Below, in pieces: positions 28,772 through 39,224 of a DNA stretch of 64,000 nt. Source of the stretch: Burkholderiales bacterium (GTDB taxonomy: Bacteria; Pseudomonadota; Gammaproteobacteria; Burkholderiales; SG8-39); the NCBI GenBank assembly GCA_038904015.1, contig JBCKKZ010000004.1:153-64152 (forward strand), in the 5' to 3' direction. Position 1 is the first letter of the stretch; every line of letters starts with the position of its first letter. Made by a program: the position numbers and the translations under genes. The notes under the pieces were generated by a model. It was not told the origin of the DNA and ran no database searches. It saw only the letters and a list, made by a program, of their open reading frames with translations.

Positions 28772-29722
28772 CTAATTGCCCGCCACGATGGACATCACCG
28801 CCATGCGCACCGCGATGCCGAAGGTGACCTGCGGCAGGATCACCGAATGCGGGCCATCGGCAACCGATGAATCGATCTCCACGCCGCGGTTCATCGGCCC
28901 CGGGTGCATCACAATGGCATCGGGCTTGGCGAGCGCGAGCTTGCCCGCGGTCAGGCCGTAGTGCTTGAAGAATTCCTGTGCCGAGGGCAGCAGCGCGCCG
29001 TTCATGCGTTCGTTCTGCAGCCGCAGCATCACCACCACGTCGCAATCCTTGAGGCCCGCGCGCATGTCATGGAACACGCGCACGCCGAGCGTTTCGACTC
29101 CCGCTGGCATCAGCGTCTGGGGGCCGATCACGCGTACCTCGGGGACGCCCATGGTGGTGAGGCCATGAATCAGGGACCGCGCGACGCGCGAATGCAGCAC
29201 ATCGCCCACGATTGCCACCGTGAGCCGGGTGAAGTCCTGCTTGTAGTGGCGGATGGTGTAGAGGTCGAGCAGGCCCTGGGTCGGATGCGCGTGCCGTCCG
29301 TCGCCCGCGTTGATGACGTGCTCGTGCGGCTTGACGTGGCGCGCTATCAGGTACGGTGCGCCCGAGGATCCGTGACGCACCACGAATACGTCGGCCTGCA
29401 TCGCCGAAAGGTTGGCCACCGTGTCGAGCAGCGATTCGCCCTTGGATTGCGAACTCACCGCGACATTCAGGTTGATAACGTCGGCCGAGAGCCGCTTGGC
29501 GGCAATCTCGAAGGTGGTGCGCGTGCGGGTCGACGCTTCGAAGAACAGGTTGAACACGCTCTTGCCGCGCAGCAACGGCACTTTCTTCACTTCGCGCTCG
29601 GTGACGCCGGCGAAGGGCACGGCGGTATCGAGGATCTGCGTGAGTATTTCCCGCGGCAGCCCTTCGATCGAGAGCAGGTGCTGCAGCTCGCCGTTGGTAT
29701 TGAGTTGCGGGTTACCCGGCAC
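28772..29722 (-). CDS. pyrB: Aspartate carbamoyltransferase catalytic subunit
   Basis: [20 protein letters not shown]. Confidence 0.97.
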   Translation of the reverse strand: MPGNPQLNTNGELQHLLSIEGLPREILTQILDTAVPFAGVTEREVKKVPLLRGKSVFNLFFEASTRTRTTFEIAAKRLSADVINLNVAVSSQSKGESLLDTVANLSAMQADVFVVRHGSSGAPYLIARHVKPHEHVINAGDGRHAHPTQGLLDLYTIRHYKQDFTRLTVAIVGDVLHSRVARSLIHGLTTMGVPEVRVIGPQTLMPAGVETLGVRVFHDMRAGLKDCDVVVMLRLQNERMNGALLPSAQEFFKHYGLTAGKLALAKPDAIVMHPGPMNRGVEIDSSVADGPHSVILPQVTFGIAVRMAVMSIVAGN

Positions 29723-30212
29723 GTTCAAGCTCCAGCGAAAGCTTGCCGTTTGCGGCACGTTTCAGGCGCAGGCGCATTCCTTCGGGCACTGCCACCTGCG
29801 CGCCGCAGTATTGCGCCGCGATCGGCAACTGGCGCCCGCCCCGGTCGGCGAGCACCGCCAGCGCGATACTGCGCGGCCGGCCGTAGTCGAACAGTTCGTT
29901 CATCGCCGCGCGCACCGTGCGCCCGGTGTAGAGCACGTCGTCCACCAGCAGGATCTCGCGGCCTTCGACCTCGAAGGGAATCCTGGTGCGCTTGGGGTCG
30001 TGCTTGAGTCCCTGTTTCGAGTAATCGTCGCGGTAGAACGCGATGTCCATGAGCCCCAAGGGTTCCTTCAGCCCAAGCAGCGGATGCAAGCGCTCGGCGA
30101 GCCAGGCGCCGCCCGTATGCAGGCCGATCATCGCCGTGGACGGCGTGACACGGGCCTGCAACTCGGCCGCGAGCCTGGGCAGCAATGTTTCGGCGTCAGG
30201 AAGTTCTGTCAC
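29712..30212 (-). CDS. pyrR: PyrR regulator/uracil phosphoribosyltransferase
   Basis: [25 protein letters not shown]. Confidence 0.93.
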   Translation of the reverse strand: MTELPDAETLLPRLAAELQARVTPSTAMIGLHTGGAWLAERLHPLLGLKEPLGLMDIAFYRDDYSKQGLKHDPKRTRIPFEVEGREILLVDDVLYTGRTVRAAMNELFDYGRPRSIALAVLADRGGRQLPIAAQYCGAQVAVPEGMRLRLKRAANGKLSLELERAG

Positions 30213-30639
30213 CGAAGAACTGCTCGAGGATGATTTGCGCTGCGTGCGAATCAAGGGTTTTGCCCCTCGCCAGGTCAGCCGTCTTGCGATTGCCGTACGC
30301 GGCGCGCATGCGGCTTTCGACCTCCGCGGAGCTGTAACGCTCGTCGACCATCTCCACCGGGAGCCTGAAGCGGCCGTTCAACTGGCGCGCGAAACGCTCG
30401 GCCCGGCGCGTCATCTCGTGCGGCGCGCCGTCTTCGCCGAGCGGGCGCCCGACGACCAGCAGGGAAGGCTGCCACTCCTTCACCAGGCGTTCGATCGCGG
30501 TGAGGCGCCCGGGCTGGGTACGCGCGGCGACGCCCGGCAACGGATGCGCGGTGCCGAGTTCGGCTTCGCCCACCGCGACGCCAATACGCTGCAATCCGAA
30601 ATCGAACGCTAGAACGGTGCGGGCGTTCTTGTCAGGCAT
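30196..30639 (-). CDS. ruvX: YqgF/RuvX nuclease
   Basis: LAFDFG..RIGVA, VDERYSS, DSHAA. Confidence 0.93.
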   Translation of the reverse strand: MPDKNARTVLAFDFGLQRIGVAVGEAELGTAHPLPGVAARTQPGRLTAIERLVKEWQPSLLVVGRPLGEDGAPHEMTRRAERFARQLNGRFRLPVEMVDERYSSAEVESRMRAAYGNRKTADLARGKTLDSHAAQIILEQFFGDRTS

Positions 30640-31201
30640 GTCCCGCCTGGTCGGCGAGCAGCGCGTAGTCGACCCCCAGCAGCTTCATTGCCGCGGGCAG
30701 GCGCTCTTCGGCCGGAATGTCGAACAGGATGGCGTCCTTCGCCTCGACGGTGAGCCAGGCGTTCTGCGTCAGTTCATGCTCGATCTGGCCGGCCGTCCAG
30801 CCGGCGTAGCCTAGCGAAACCAGGATCTTGGATGGACCCTCGCCGCGGCCGACCGCCTCGAGTATGTCCTTGGACGTGGTGAGACCGATGGCATCGCGCA
30901 CCTTCAGCGTCGACTGCCACTCGCCCGCGGGCCGGTGCAGGACGAATCCACGGTCGGTCTGCACCGGGCCGCCGAAATAGACCGGCACGTCGGCAATGGT
31001 GCTGTTCTTCAAGCTCAGGGACAGGCGCTCGAACAGCGCCTCCAGGGTCATGTCGATGGGACGGTTGACGACTATGCCCAGCGCACCCTGATCGTTGTGC
31101 TCGCAGACGTAAGTCAGTGACTTTGCAAAGTACGGATCGGCCATGTGGGGCATGGCGATCAGGAAATGATTCGTCAGATTGATCGAGTTGATCGAGGACA
31201 C
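30632..31201 (-). CDS. yqgE: YqgE/AlgH family protein
   Basis: HFLIAMP, GGPV, LGYAGW..GQ. Confidence 0.92.
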   Translation of the reverse strand: MSSINSINLTNHFLIAMPHMADPYFAKSLTYVCEHNDQGALGIVVNRPIDMTLEALFERLSLSLKNSTIADVPVYFGGPVQTDRGFVLHRPAGEWQSTLKVRDAIGLTTSKDILEAVGRGEGPSKILVSLGYAGWTAGQIEHELTQNAWLTVEAKDAILFDIPAEERLPAAMKLLGVDYALLADQAGHA

Positions 31202-31245
31202 GCTTGGCGCTATTTTAGCGCATCATCCCCTCTGCCGCCGCACCC

Positions 31246-31431
31246 TCAGATTTCCATCATTTCGAAGTCGTCCTTGCGCGCGCCGCACTCGGGACAGGTC
31301 CAGTTCATCGGCACGTCCTCCCAGCGCGTGCCCGGCGCGAGGCCTTCACCGGGAAGTCCCGCCGCTTCGTCGTAGACCCATCCGCAGATGAGGCACATCC
31401 AGGTCTTGTATTGAACTTGCTGTTCGGTCAT
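31246..31431 (-). CDS. Rubredoxin
   Basis: CLICG...WTCPECG. Confidence 0.95.
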   Translation of the reverse strand: MTEQQVQYKTWMCLICGWVYDEAAGLPGEGLAPGTRWEDVPMNWTCPECGARKDDFEMMEI

Positions 31432-31469
31432 GGGTGGCGGGACAGTAAAATTGCACGGAATATTAACGC

Positions 31470-32264
31470 ATGTCGTCGCCCATTCCTCCGGTCGTATTGG
31501 CATTTGCGGCTTCCGATCCAACCGGCGGCGCAGGTATCCAGGCGGACCTGCTCACCATCGCGAGCCTCGGCTGCCATCCGCTGTCGGTGATCACCGCGAT
31601 CACGGCGCAGGACACGCGCGGCGTCGACGGCCTGATCGCCGTCGAGCCCGAGTGGATCGCGCGCCAGGCGCGCTGTGTACTCGAGGATATTCCAGTCGCA
31701 TCGTTCAAGCTCGGCTTGCTCGGTTCGGCGCGCAATGCCCAAGCCGTCGCCGCGATCCTCGCCGGGCATCCGCGCACTCCGATGGTGCTCGACCCCGTGC
31801 TCGCCTCGGGCCGCGGCGATCCGCTTTCGGATAGTGAAACAGCGCAGGTGCTGCGCGCCGCGCTGCTGCCCTGCACCACCGTGCTGACGCCGAACAGCGT
31901 CGAGGCGCGGCAGCTGGCGCTCGCCGCACCCGATGCGGCGCTGGCCGATTGTGCGCGCGAACTCACCCGGGCCGGGTGCAGATACGTACTCATCACCGGT
32001 ACGCACGAGCCGGGCGCAGTGGTCTTGAATACGCTCTACGACGCGCGCGGCGTGGTGCGCGAGGACCGGTGGCAGCGGCTGCCCGGCGGCTATCACGGCT
32101 CCGGTTGCACGCTCGCCTCGTCGCTCGCGGCTTTCCTTGCCAAAGGATTAAGCGTGCCCGAGGCCGCACGAGCGGCGCAGGAATACACCTGGAAAACGCT
32201 CGAGGGTGGATTCGCGCTGGGCCGCGGGCAGAAAATACCAGATCGTTTTTCTAAATTGAAATGA
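31470..32264 (+). CDS. thiD: Hydroxymethylpyrimidine/phosphomethylpyrimidine kinase
   Basis: SDPTGGAGIQAD, DPV, TPN, HGSGC. Confidence 0.92.
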   Translation: MSSPIPPVVLAFAASDPTGGAGIQADLLTIASLGCHPLSVITAITAQDTRGVDGLIAVEPEWIARQARCVLEDIPVASFKLGLLGSARNAQAVAAILAGHPRTPMVLDPVLASGRGDPLSDSETAQVLRAALLPCTTVLTPNSVEARQLALAAPDAALADCARELTRAGCRYVLITGTHEPGAVVLNTLYDARGVVREDRWQRLPGGYHGSGCTLASSLAAFLAKGLSVPEAARAAQEYTWKTLEGGFALGRGQKIPDRFSKLK

Positions 32265-32872
32265 AGCTTCAGGGCCTCTACGCCATCACGCCCCAGCACG
32301 CCGACAGCGCGTTGATGCTACGGCAGGTCGCACAGGCGCTCGAGGGCGGCATCGCCATGCTGCAATACCGGAGGAAATCCGGCCAGAACCTGCGCGAGGC
32401 CCGCGCGCTGGCGGTCCTGTGCCGCGCGCGCGGCGTGCCATTCATCGTCAATGATGATGTCGAACTGGCGCTGGAAGCGGGTGCGGACGGCGTGCACCTC
32501 GGGCGCGACGACGGCGCACTCGCCGCCGCGCGCTTGAAGCTTGGCGGCAGGTTGCTCGGTGCCTCCTGCTACGACTCTCTCGTCGCCGCCCGTGCCGCCG
32601 TCGCCGCGGGGGCCGATTACGTCGCTTTTGGCAGCGTGTTCCCGTCCCCGACCAAACCCGCGGCGGTGCGCGCGCCGCTCTCGCTGTTTGGCGAGGCGCG
32701 CACGTTCGCTGTGCCGCTGGTCGCGATCGGCGGCATCACGCTGCAGAACGCACCGCAGATGCTGGACGCCGGGGCCAACTGCCTGGCGGTGATCTCGGAC
32801 CTGTTCGAGGCGCCGGACATCGCTGAAAAGGCGCGCGCCTACGGTAAGCTCTTCAACCATGACCTCTCGTAA
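32261..32872 (+). CDS. thiE: Thiamine-phosphate synthase
   Basis: LYAIT, QYRRK, IVND, SPTK, AIGGI. Confidence 0.93.
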   Translation: MKLQGLYAITPQHADSALMLRQVAQALEGGIAMLQYRRKSGQNLREARALAVLCRARGVPFIVNDDVELALEAGADGVHLGRDDGALAAARLKLGGRLLGASCYDSLVAARAAVAAGADYVAFGSVFPSPTKPAAVRAPLSLFGEARTFAVPLVAIGGITLQNAPQMLDAGANCLAVISDLFEAPDIAEKARAYGKLFNHDLS

Positions 32873-34136
32873 TGAATCCCTGTTCGATCGCGCGCGGCAA
32901 CGCATCCCCGCGGGAGTGAACTCGCCGGTGCGCGCGTTCGGCGCGGTGGGCGGCACGCCACCCTTCCTTGAGCGCGCGTCGGGCCCGCACTTGTGGGACG
33001 CCGATGGCAAGCGGTACATCGACTATGTCGGGTCCTGGGGGCCGATGGTGCTCGGCCACACGCACCCCGCGGTGGTGGATGCGGTGCAGGCAGCGGCCGC
33101 GAGGGCGCTGTCATTCGGCGCGCCCACCGAGGCCGAGGTCGAACTCGCCGAGGCAATCTGCCGGCTGGTGCCCTCGGTGGAAATGGTTCGCCTGGTCTCC
33201 TCGGGGACCGAAGCGACCATGTCGGCGATCCGCCTTGCGCGCGGGCACACCGGGCGCAGCCTGATCCTCAAGTTCGAGGGCTGCTATCACGGCCACGCTG
33301 ACAGCCTGCTGGTGAAGGCGGGCTCGGGCGCCCTCACCTTCGGCAACCCCAGTTCGGCCGGCGTGCCTGCCGAGACCGCAGCTCACACGCTGGTATTGAG
33401 TTTCAATGATCTTGACCAGATCCGGAAAACATTCGAAAGCAAAGGCGGGGAAATCGCCTGCGTGATCGTCGAGCCGGTGGCGGGCAACATGAACCTGGTC
33501 CTGCCCGCGCCGGGTTTCCTCGAAGCGCTGCGCGAGCAATGCACGCGGCACGGCGCGGTCCTGATCTTCGACGAAGTGATGACCGGATTCCGCGTCGCGC
33601 TGGGCGGCGCGCAGGCGCGCTACGGCATCCGGCCGGACCTCACGACGCTGGGCAAAGTGATCGGCGGCGGCCTGCCGGTGGGCGCGTTCGGCGGCAAGCG
33701 CGAGATCATGCAGAAGATCGCGCCGCTCGGTCCGGTGTACCAAGCCGGAACGCTATCAGGCAATCCGGTCGCCGTCGCCGCGGGATTGGCGACATTGAAG
33801 CTCGTGGATACGCCGGGTTTTCAGGAGCGAATTTCCGCTACTGCAGAAGCATTGGTTCAAGGTCTGAAAAACGAGGCTCAAAAAGCAAACGTCGTTTTCA
33901 CCGCGCAATCCATCGGCAGCATGTTCGGCCTCTACTTCCGCGCCGTGCCGCCAACGAGCTTCGCCGAGGTCGTGCAGTGCGACAAAGAGCGCTTCAATCG
34001 CTTTTTCCACGCCATGCTCGAGCGCGGCGTTTACCTCGCGCCCTCGGCCTACGAAGCGGGATTCGTTTCCGCCGCCCACGGCCCGGCGGAGATCGACGCA
34101 ACGCTCGCGGCCGCGCGTGAGGCGTTCAAGGCCTAG
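32859..34136 (+). CDS. hemL: Glutamate-1-semialdehyde aminomutase
   Basis: [27 protein letters not shown]. Confidence 0.97.
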   Translation: MTSRNESLFDRARQRIPAGVNSPVRAFGAVGGTPPFLERASGPHLWDADGKRYIDYVGSWGPMVLGHTHPAVVDAVQAAAARALSFGAPTEAEVELAEAICRLVPSVEMVRLVSSGTEATMSAIRLARGHTGRSLILKFEGCYHGHADSLLVKAGSGALTFGNPSSAGVPAETAAHTLVLSFNDLDQIRKTFESKGGEIACVIVEPVAGNMNLVLPAPGFLEALREQCTRHGAVLIFDEVMTGFRVALGGAQARYGIRPDLTTLGKVIGGGLPVGAFGGKREIMQKIAPLGPVYQAGTLSGNPVAVAAGLATLKLVDTPGFQERISATAEALVQGLKNEAQKANVVFTAQSIGSMFGLYFRAVPPTSFAEVVQCDKERFNRFFHAMLERGVYLAPSAYEAGFVSAAHGPAEIDATLAAAREAFKA

Positions 34137-35269
34137 CGCAGGTCTGTGGCAGGTAGTGGCTTGAAGTGCTTGCTGAGTGCGATGCCCTGGCGTTGATAGG
34201 ACGAGTTCGCAGTGCTGCCGTAAAGGCGAGCTGGTGCCGCGATGAGCGGTTCATAAGCCAGCCGGCCGACGACCTGGCCGTGTTCGATTACGAACGGAAT
34301 TCCAAAGGACCGGACTTCGAGAACGGCGCGTGATCCTTCTCCTCCCGCGTCGGGATGGCCGAAACCCGGATCGAAAAACCCGGCATAGTGGACTCGGAAT
34401 TCGCCTACCAGCGTGTCGTAGGCAATCATCTCGGCCGCGTGCGTCGGCGGCACTTTCACCGCTTCTCTCGATGCCAGAATGTAGAAGTCCGCTGGATCCA
34501 GCACCAATCCGCCGCGACGCGGCGCATACACCGGCTCCCAGTAATCCAGCACGTCGTAGTGGCGTACCTTGTCGATGTCGATCAGCCCCGCGTGGCTCCT
34601 CGCCTTGTAGCCTATGAGGCCTCCTGACCTGTCACCCTGCACATCCACCGTAACCGGAACGCCATCGCGGATATCGTTGCCGCTGATCGATGCGACGACC
34701 TCGTGCTCTTCCTGCAACCGCCTCATCGCCACGTCGCTGCTAGGCGGGTTGCCGCGACGAATTCGAATCTGGTTCAGTCGAGACCCCTTGCGCACCAGGA
34801 CGCTGAATGTCCGCGGCGATACTTCGGCGTAGAGAGGGCCGTTATAGCCCTCGCGGACGCGATCGAACTCCGTGCCGTTATCGGTAATGAGTCGGGTAAA
34901 TATATCCAGACGGCCCGTGGAGCTTTTAGGATTGCCCATCGCGGACGTGCGCTTTCTCAGCGCCAGGCCCTCAAGCAGCGGAACGATGTAGACGCAACCG
35001 CGCTCCAGAACCGCGCCGTTGGTGATATCCATCTCGTGCATCGCGAGGTCTGCGAGCTTGTTTTTTACCGTGGCGTCCTTCCCGGGGAGGAAACTGGCAC
35101 GCACCCGGTACGCGACCGACCCCAACCGGAGGTCAAGGCTGGCAGGCTGATACTGGTCGTCCTGGATCGGTTCGAGGAACCGGATTTCCCTGGTTGCCTT
35201 GACCAGGTGTTCCAACTCCTGCGAAGGCAGTATCCCGGTGGTGCGAACCGCCGCGTCTGAGGCGTTCAC
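34133..35269 (-). CDS. dcd: dCTP deaminase, long duplicated-domain form
   Basis: [35 protein letters not shown]. Confidence 0.85.
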   Translation of the reverse strand: MNASDAAVRTTGILPSQELEHLVKATREIRFLEPIQDDQYQPASLDLRLGSVAYRVRASFLPGKDATVKNKLADLAMHEMDITNGAVLERGCVYIVPLLEGLALRKRTSAMGNPKSSTGRLDIFTRLITDNGTEFDRVREGYNGPLYAEVSPRTFSVLVRKGSRLNQIRIRRGNPPSSDVAMRRLQEEHEVVASISGNDIRDGVPVTVDVQGDRSGGLIGYKARSHAGLIDIDKVRHYDVLDYWEPVYAPRRGGLVLDPADFYILASREAVKVPPTHAAEMIAYDTLVGEFRVHYAGFFDPGFGHPDAGGEGSRAVLEVRSFGIPFVIEHGQVVGRLAYEPLIAAPARLYGSTANSSYQRQGIALSKHFKPLPATDLR

Positions 35270-35355
35270 GGATATCGATCTCGATAGGCTTCTTCGTTGA
35301 CGGCCATTTCCATCCGTAGTTTATCGCTTCATGCCGCCGCCGCGGGAATCATGCC

Positions 35356-36729
35356 TCAAAGCAAGAACAGCGTCGCCAATCCGAGAAATATGAAAAACCC
35401 GCCCGAGTCGGTGCAGGCAGTGATAAGCACGGAGGAGCCCACTGCGGGATCGCGGCCGAACCGGGCGCGCATATATGGAATCGTGACCCCCATGCCGGCG
35501 GCGAGGAGCAAGTTCAGCAACATCGCGAGCGCCATCACGCCGCCCAGTGCGACGCTGCTATAGAGCAGGTAGGTCGCGACGCCGAGCAACCCTCCCCAGA
35601 TCACGCCGTTCAAGGTCGCCACGCCGAGTTCCTTGGCGACCAGCTTGTTCCAGTAGCCGGACTGGATCTGCCCCAACGCCAGCGCGCGCACGATCATGGT
35701 GATGGTCTGGTTGCCCGAGTTGCCGCCGATGCCGGCGACGATCGGCATCAGAGCGGCAAGGGCCACCAGCTTCTCGATCGAGCCTTCGAAGGCGCCGATC
35801 ACGCGCGAGGCGACGAACGCGGTGACGAGATTCACCGCCAGCCAGGCCCAGCGATTCTTGAAGCTGTTCCAGACCGGGGCGAACACGTCCTCTTCCTTGG
35901 ACAGTCCGGCCTCGGCGAGCTGCGACTCCGCGCTCTTTTCCCTGATGTAGTCCATGACTGCATTCACCGTCACGCGTCCCACCAGGCTGCCGGTGATGAG
36001 ATCGACGACCGGCGCCGATACCAGGTCGTAGCGCTCGAATGCCTGCGCGACGTCCTCGGCGCGATCCTCGGGATGCAGCTTGACGCTCTCGGGCACCATC
36101 ACATCGCCCACCACGCGCTCAAGGTCCGAAACGATAAGGCGCGCCAGCGGCAGTGTGCCGCGCAGTTTGCCGCCGCGGTCGATCACGAACAGCTGATCGG
36201 TGTGCGCCGGCAATTCATCCAGCGCCCGCAGGTAGCGCGTCGCGGCCTCCAGCGTCACGTTCTCCCGCACCGTGACCTGGTCGAATTCCATCAGCGCGCC
36301 AACCGTGCCCTCGTCGTAGGACAAGGCAGCGCGCAACAGAGCGCGCTCTTCCTGCGGCAGCGCCCGGATGACGTCCTGCACCACTGCCTCGGGCAGGTCC
36401 GGCGCGAGATCGGCGATCTCGTCGGCCTCGAGTGTTTCGGCCGCAGCGACCAGCTCGCTGGAGTCCATGGTCGCGATCAGCGATTCGCGTACCGCATCAG
36501 AGAGCTCGAGCAGGACTTCGCCCTCGCGCTCGGCCTTGACCAGATCCCAGACCACCAGGCGCTCGGCAACCGGAAGCGCTTCGAGGATGTAGGCCAGGTC
36601 GGCCGGATGGAGTTTGTCCAGCGCGGCGCGCAATCCTGCCGGGTCGTGCGTACGCGCAAGCCGGTCCTGAACCGCGCGCAGGTTCTGCTGCAGATCCTCG
36701 AGTTCCAGGCGCGTCGGCAATTCGCTCAT
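35356..36729 (-). CDS. mgtE: Magnesium transporter MgtE
   Basis: LHPAD, CBS pair, GGNSGNQ, DPA. Confidence 0.95.
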   Translation of the reverse strand: MSELPTRLELEDLQQNLRAVQDRLARTHDPAGLRAALDKLHPADLAYILEALPVAERLVVWDLVKAEREGEVLLELSDAVRESLIATMDSSELVAAAETLEADEIADLAPDLPEAVVQDVIRALPQEERALLRAALSYDEGTVGALMEFDQVTVRENVTLEAATRYLRALDELPAHTDQLFVIDRGGKLRGTLPLARLIVSDLERVVGDVMVPESVKLHPEDRAEDVAQAFERYDLVSAPVVDLITGSLVGRVTVNAVMDYIREKSAESQLAEAGLSKEEDVFAPVWNSFKNRWAWLAVNLVTAFVASRVIGAFEGSIEKLVALAALMPIVAGIGGNSGNQTITMIVRALALGQIQSGYWNKLVAKELGVATLNGVIWGGLLGVATYLLYSSVALGGVMALAMLLNLLLAAGMGVTIPYMRARFGRDPAVGSSVLITACTDSGGFFIFLGLATLFLL

Positions 36730-36739
36730 GAAGTTTCGG

Positions 36740-37468
36740 CTAAGGAATCTGCGCCGCGGGCATGCGCGCGAGGATCGTCTCGAGCCGGCCGGCGACGTAA
36801 GGCGTGATGCGTCCCGGCGCGTAGCGCCGCGGGCTGGGCAGGATCGCCGCGAGGAATGCCGCTTGCGAGGCGCTCAGGGCCGACGCATTGACGCCGAAGT
36901 GGTATCGGGCCGCGGCTTCGGCACCGAATACCCCTTCGCCCCACTCCGCGAAATTGAGATAGAGTTCCAGGATGCGGCGCTTGCTGAGGGTGGCTTCCAG
37001 CATCCAGGTGATCACTGCCTCCTGGCCCTTGCGCAGCCAGGATCGCTCGCCCGAAAGGAACAGGTTCTTTGCCAGCTGCTGGCTGATGGTCGAAGCACCG
37101 GACACCACCCTGCCCTTTTTCTCGTTCTTCTCCATTGCCTTGGAGATCGCCTGCCAGTCGAAGCCCTCGTGGCCGACGAACTTTGCGTCCTCCGCGGCAA
37201 CCACCGCGCGCTTGAGCGGCGTGGAAATCCGCTCGTAACCGACCCATTGATGGGCCAGCTTTGCCCTCGGATCCTTTTCACGCAGGTAGTCGATGCGCGC
37301 TTCCATGAACGCGGTGGTGGCGGGTTGGTATGCCCGCCACCACAGAACGTGCGCGTAGAACCAGCACTGCACCGCGGCCACGGCGAGGACGAGCACACCG
37401 AGGCTGTAGCAAAAGACCTTCCAGGCGGTGCTAACCGCGCCTAGCGCCCCTCCCTTCGCGGCGCGCAT
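36740..37468 (-). CDS. mtgA: Monofunctional peptidoglycan transglycosylase
   Basis: AEDAKF..H.G, GASTISQQLAKNLFL, RKGQE. Confidence 0.93.
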   Translation of the reverse strand: MRAAKGGALGAVSTAWKVFCYSLGVLVLAVAAVQCWFYAHVLWWRAYQPATTAFMEARIDYLREKDPRAKLAHQWVGYERISTPLKRAVVAAEDAKFVGHEGFDWQAISKAMEKNEKKGRVVSGASTISQQLAKNLFLSGERSWLRKGQEAVITWMLEATLSKRRILELYLNFAEWGEGVFGAEAAARYHFGVNASALSASQAAFLAAILPSPRRYAPGRITPYVAGRLETILARMPAAQIP

Positions 37469-38271
37469 CAGCGCTGGCGCAGCGCCGCGAGCACCGGCGC
37501 CGTGTCCGGGCGCAGGCCACGCCAGAGCAGGAAGGATTCGGCCGCCTGCTCGACGAGCATGCCGGTGCCGTCGTGCGCCTCGGCCCCCGCAGCGCGCGCC
37601 ATGGCCAGAAAGGGCGTATCTCGACCGTACACCATGTCGTAGGCGAGCGCGCCGGGCGCAAAAGCCCCCGGCGGCAGGGGCGGCGCTGCTGCCACAAGAC
37701 TCGCCGACGTAGCATTAATCAGCAGATCGAACTGCGCACCACCAAGCTCCAGGTAGCCGCCGCCGGCCGCAGCATCATAGCGCTGCGCCAGCAGGCGCGC
37801 CTTTTCTGCGGTCCGATTCGCGATCACCAGACGCTGCGGTCCGGCACCGAGCAACGGGCCAAGAACGCCCTGCGCCGCGCCGCCCGCCCCCATCAACAGC
37901 ACGCGTCGGCCCGCGATCGCGCGCCCGAGGTTGACGGTGATGTCGCGCAGCAGTCCTACGCCGTCCGTGTTGTCGCCACGCACGCTGCTGCCCTCGAAAA
38001 TCAGCGTATTGACGACCCCCGCCGCGCGGGCTCTTTCGCTGACTGCATTGCCACAGTAGAGAAAGGCCTGCTCCTTGAACGGCAGGGTGACATTGACGCC
38101 GCGTCCTCCTGCGGCGCGAAAATCACCCACCGTGCGCGCGAAACCATCGAGCGGCGCTTCAAGGCGCGTGTATTCGATGTCCTGCCCCGTCTGGCGCGCG
38201 AATTCGGCATGAATCCAGGGTGACTTCGAGTGGGTGACGGGGTTTCCTATCACCGCGTAGCGATCGGCCAT
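37468..38271 (-). CDS. aroE: Shikimate dehydrogenase
   Basis: HSKSPWIH, NVTLPFK, NTDG, GAGGA. Confidence 0.95.
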   Translation of the reverse strand: MADRYAVIGNPVTHSKSPWIHAEFARQTGQDIEYTRLEAPLDGFARTVGDFRAAGGRGVNVTLPFKEQAFLYCGNAVSERARAAGVVNTLIFEGSSVRGDNTDGVGLLRDITVNLGRAIAGRRVLLMGAGGAAQGVLGPLLGAGPQRLVIANRTAEKARLLAQRYDAAAGGGYLELGGAQFDLLINATSASLVAAAPPLPPGAFAPGALAYDMVYGRDTPFLAMARAAGAEAHDGTGMLVEQAAESFLLWRGLRPDTAPVLAALRQR

Positions 38272-38274
38272 GCC

Positions 38275-39189
38275 CTATTTAGTCCAGACCTTGTCGCCTT
38301 GTTCGAATAACCAGGTCCGCGTGATCACCAGCAGGTCGGTGTCCTTGCGGATGTCGGCGGGAAAAGCCGCGAATGGCGCTGCCATCTGCACGATGCGAAA
38401 CGCGGCCCGATCGAGCACCTTCAGACCGGAGGAACGGTCAAGATCGATCGACTCCACGCTGCCGTCCGGACGGATCGTCACCGTCAGGCGCAGCTCGCCG
38501 TAGAGCTTGCCGCGCGCTTCGGCCGGGTAGTTGAGGGTTCCCACCCGTTCGATCTTGCCGCGCCAGTCTTCTTCGTATTGCGCGAAGCGGTATTCCCTGG
38601 CGTTGGCGCCGATGAAGCGCTTGCGCGGCCGCTCCTGGTAGGCCTGCGTCTGCCGCGCAATCTGCGCCTGCAAATTGAGCATCGCCAGAGAACGCTCCGC
38701 CATGTCGCGCCCGGAAACCTGCGACGATGCCTCCTCCGATGCCTGCTGCTGCGATTCCGTCGGCACTTTCGCGCCCTGCTCCCGGTTGAGCGCGAGGAGT
38801 TTCTGCTGTTGCGCTTCCAATTCGCGCTGGCGGCGCTGCGTATCCGCCAGATCGCGCCCGGGGTCGCGCGGATTGGTCACCGGCGCCGCACTGGTCGCGC
38901 GCTGCTTTTCGTCGGTGTTGCCGCCGCCATCCAGGTTGGCTTGCGCGAGCGCCTTGGCGTGCGAGGGTTTGTCGCGCGTTTTTGAATTGACCAGAATCAC
39001 TTCGAGAGGCTGATTGGCCGATTTCCAGCGTATCGCTTCCGGAAAGCGGAAATGGACCGTGAGAAGCATCGCATGCAGCAGGATCGACACCCCGACCGAA
39101 ACCGCCAGCACGCGGGACTGGCGGTCGAGTCCGCTCCAGTACTCGCGTGGATCCAGCAATAGGTTCGCAGTGTTGCCGTGCAAAATCAC
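38275..39189 (-). CDS. TonB-family protein
   Basis: N-terminal TM segment with SxxLH; C-terminal YP..A, SSG..LD.AA. Confidence 0.85.
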   Translation of the reverse strand: MILHGNTANLLLDPREYWSGLDRQSRVLAVSVGVSILLHAMLLTVHFRFPEAIRWKSANQPLEVILVNSKTRDKPSHAKALAQANLDGGGNTDEKQRATSAAPVTNPRDPGRDLADTQRRQRELEAQQQKLLALNREQGAKVPTESQQQASEEASSQVSGRDMAERSLAMLNLQAQIARQTQAYQERPRKRFIGANAREYRFAQYEEDWRGKIERVGTLNYPAEARGKLYGELRLTVTIRPDGSVESIDLDRSSGLKVLDRAAFRIVQMAAPFAAFPADIRKDTDLLVITRTWLFEQGDKVWTK

Positions 39190-39224
39190 CTCGGACGGCG
39201 AAGTTCTGCTGCCATTTTAGGCTT

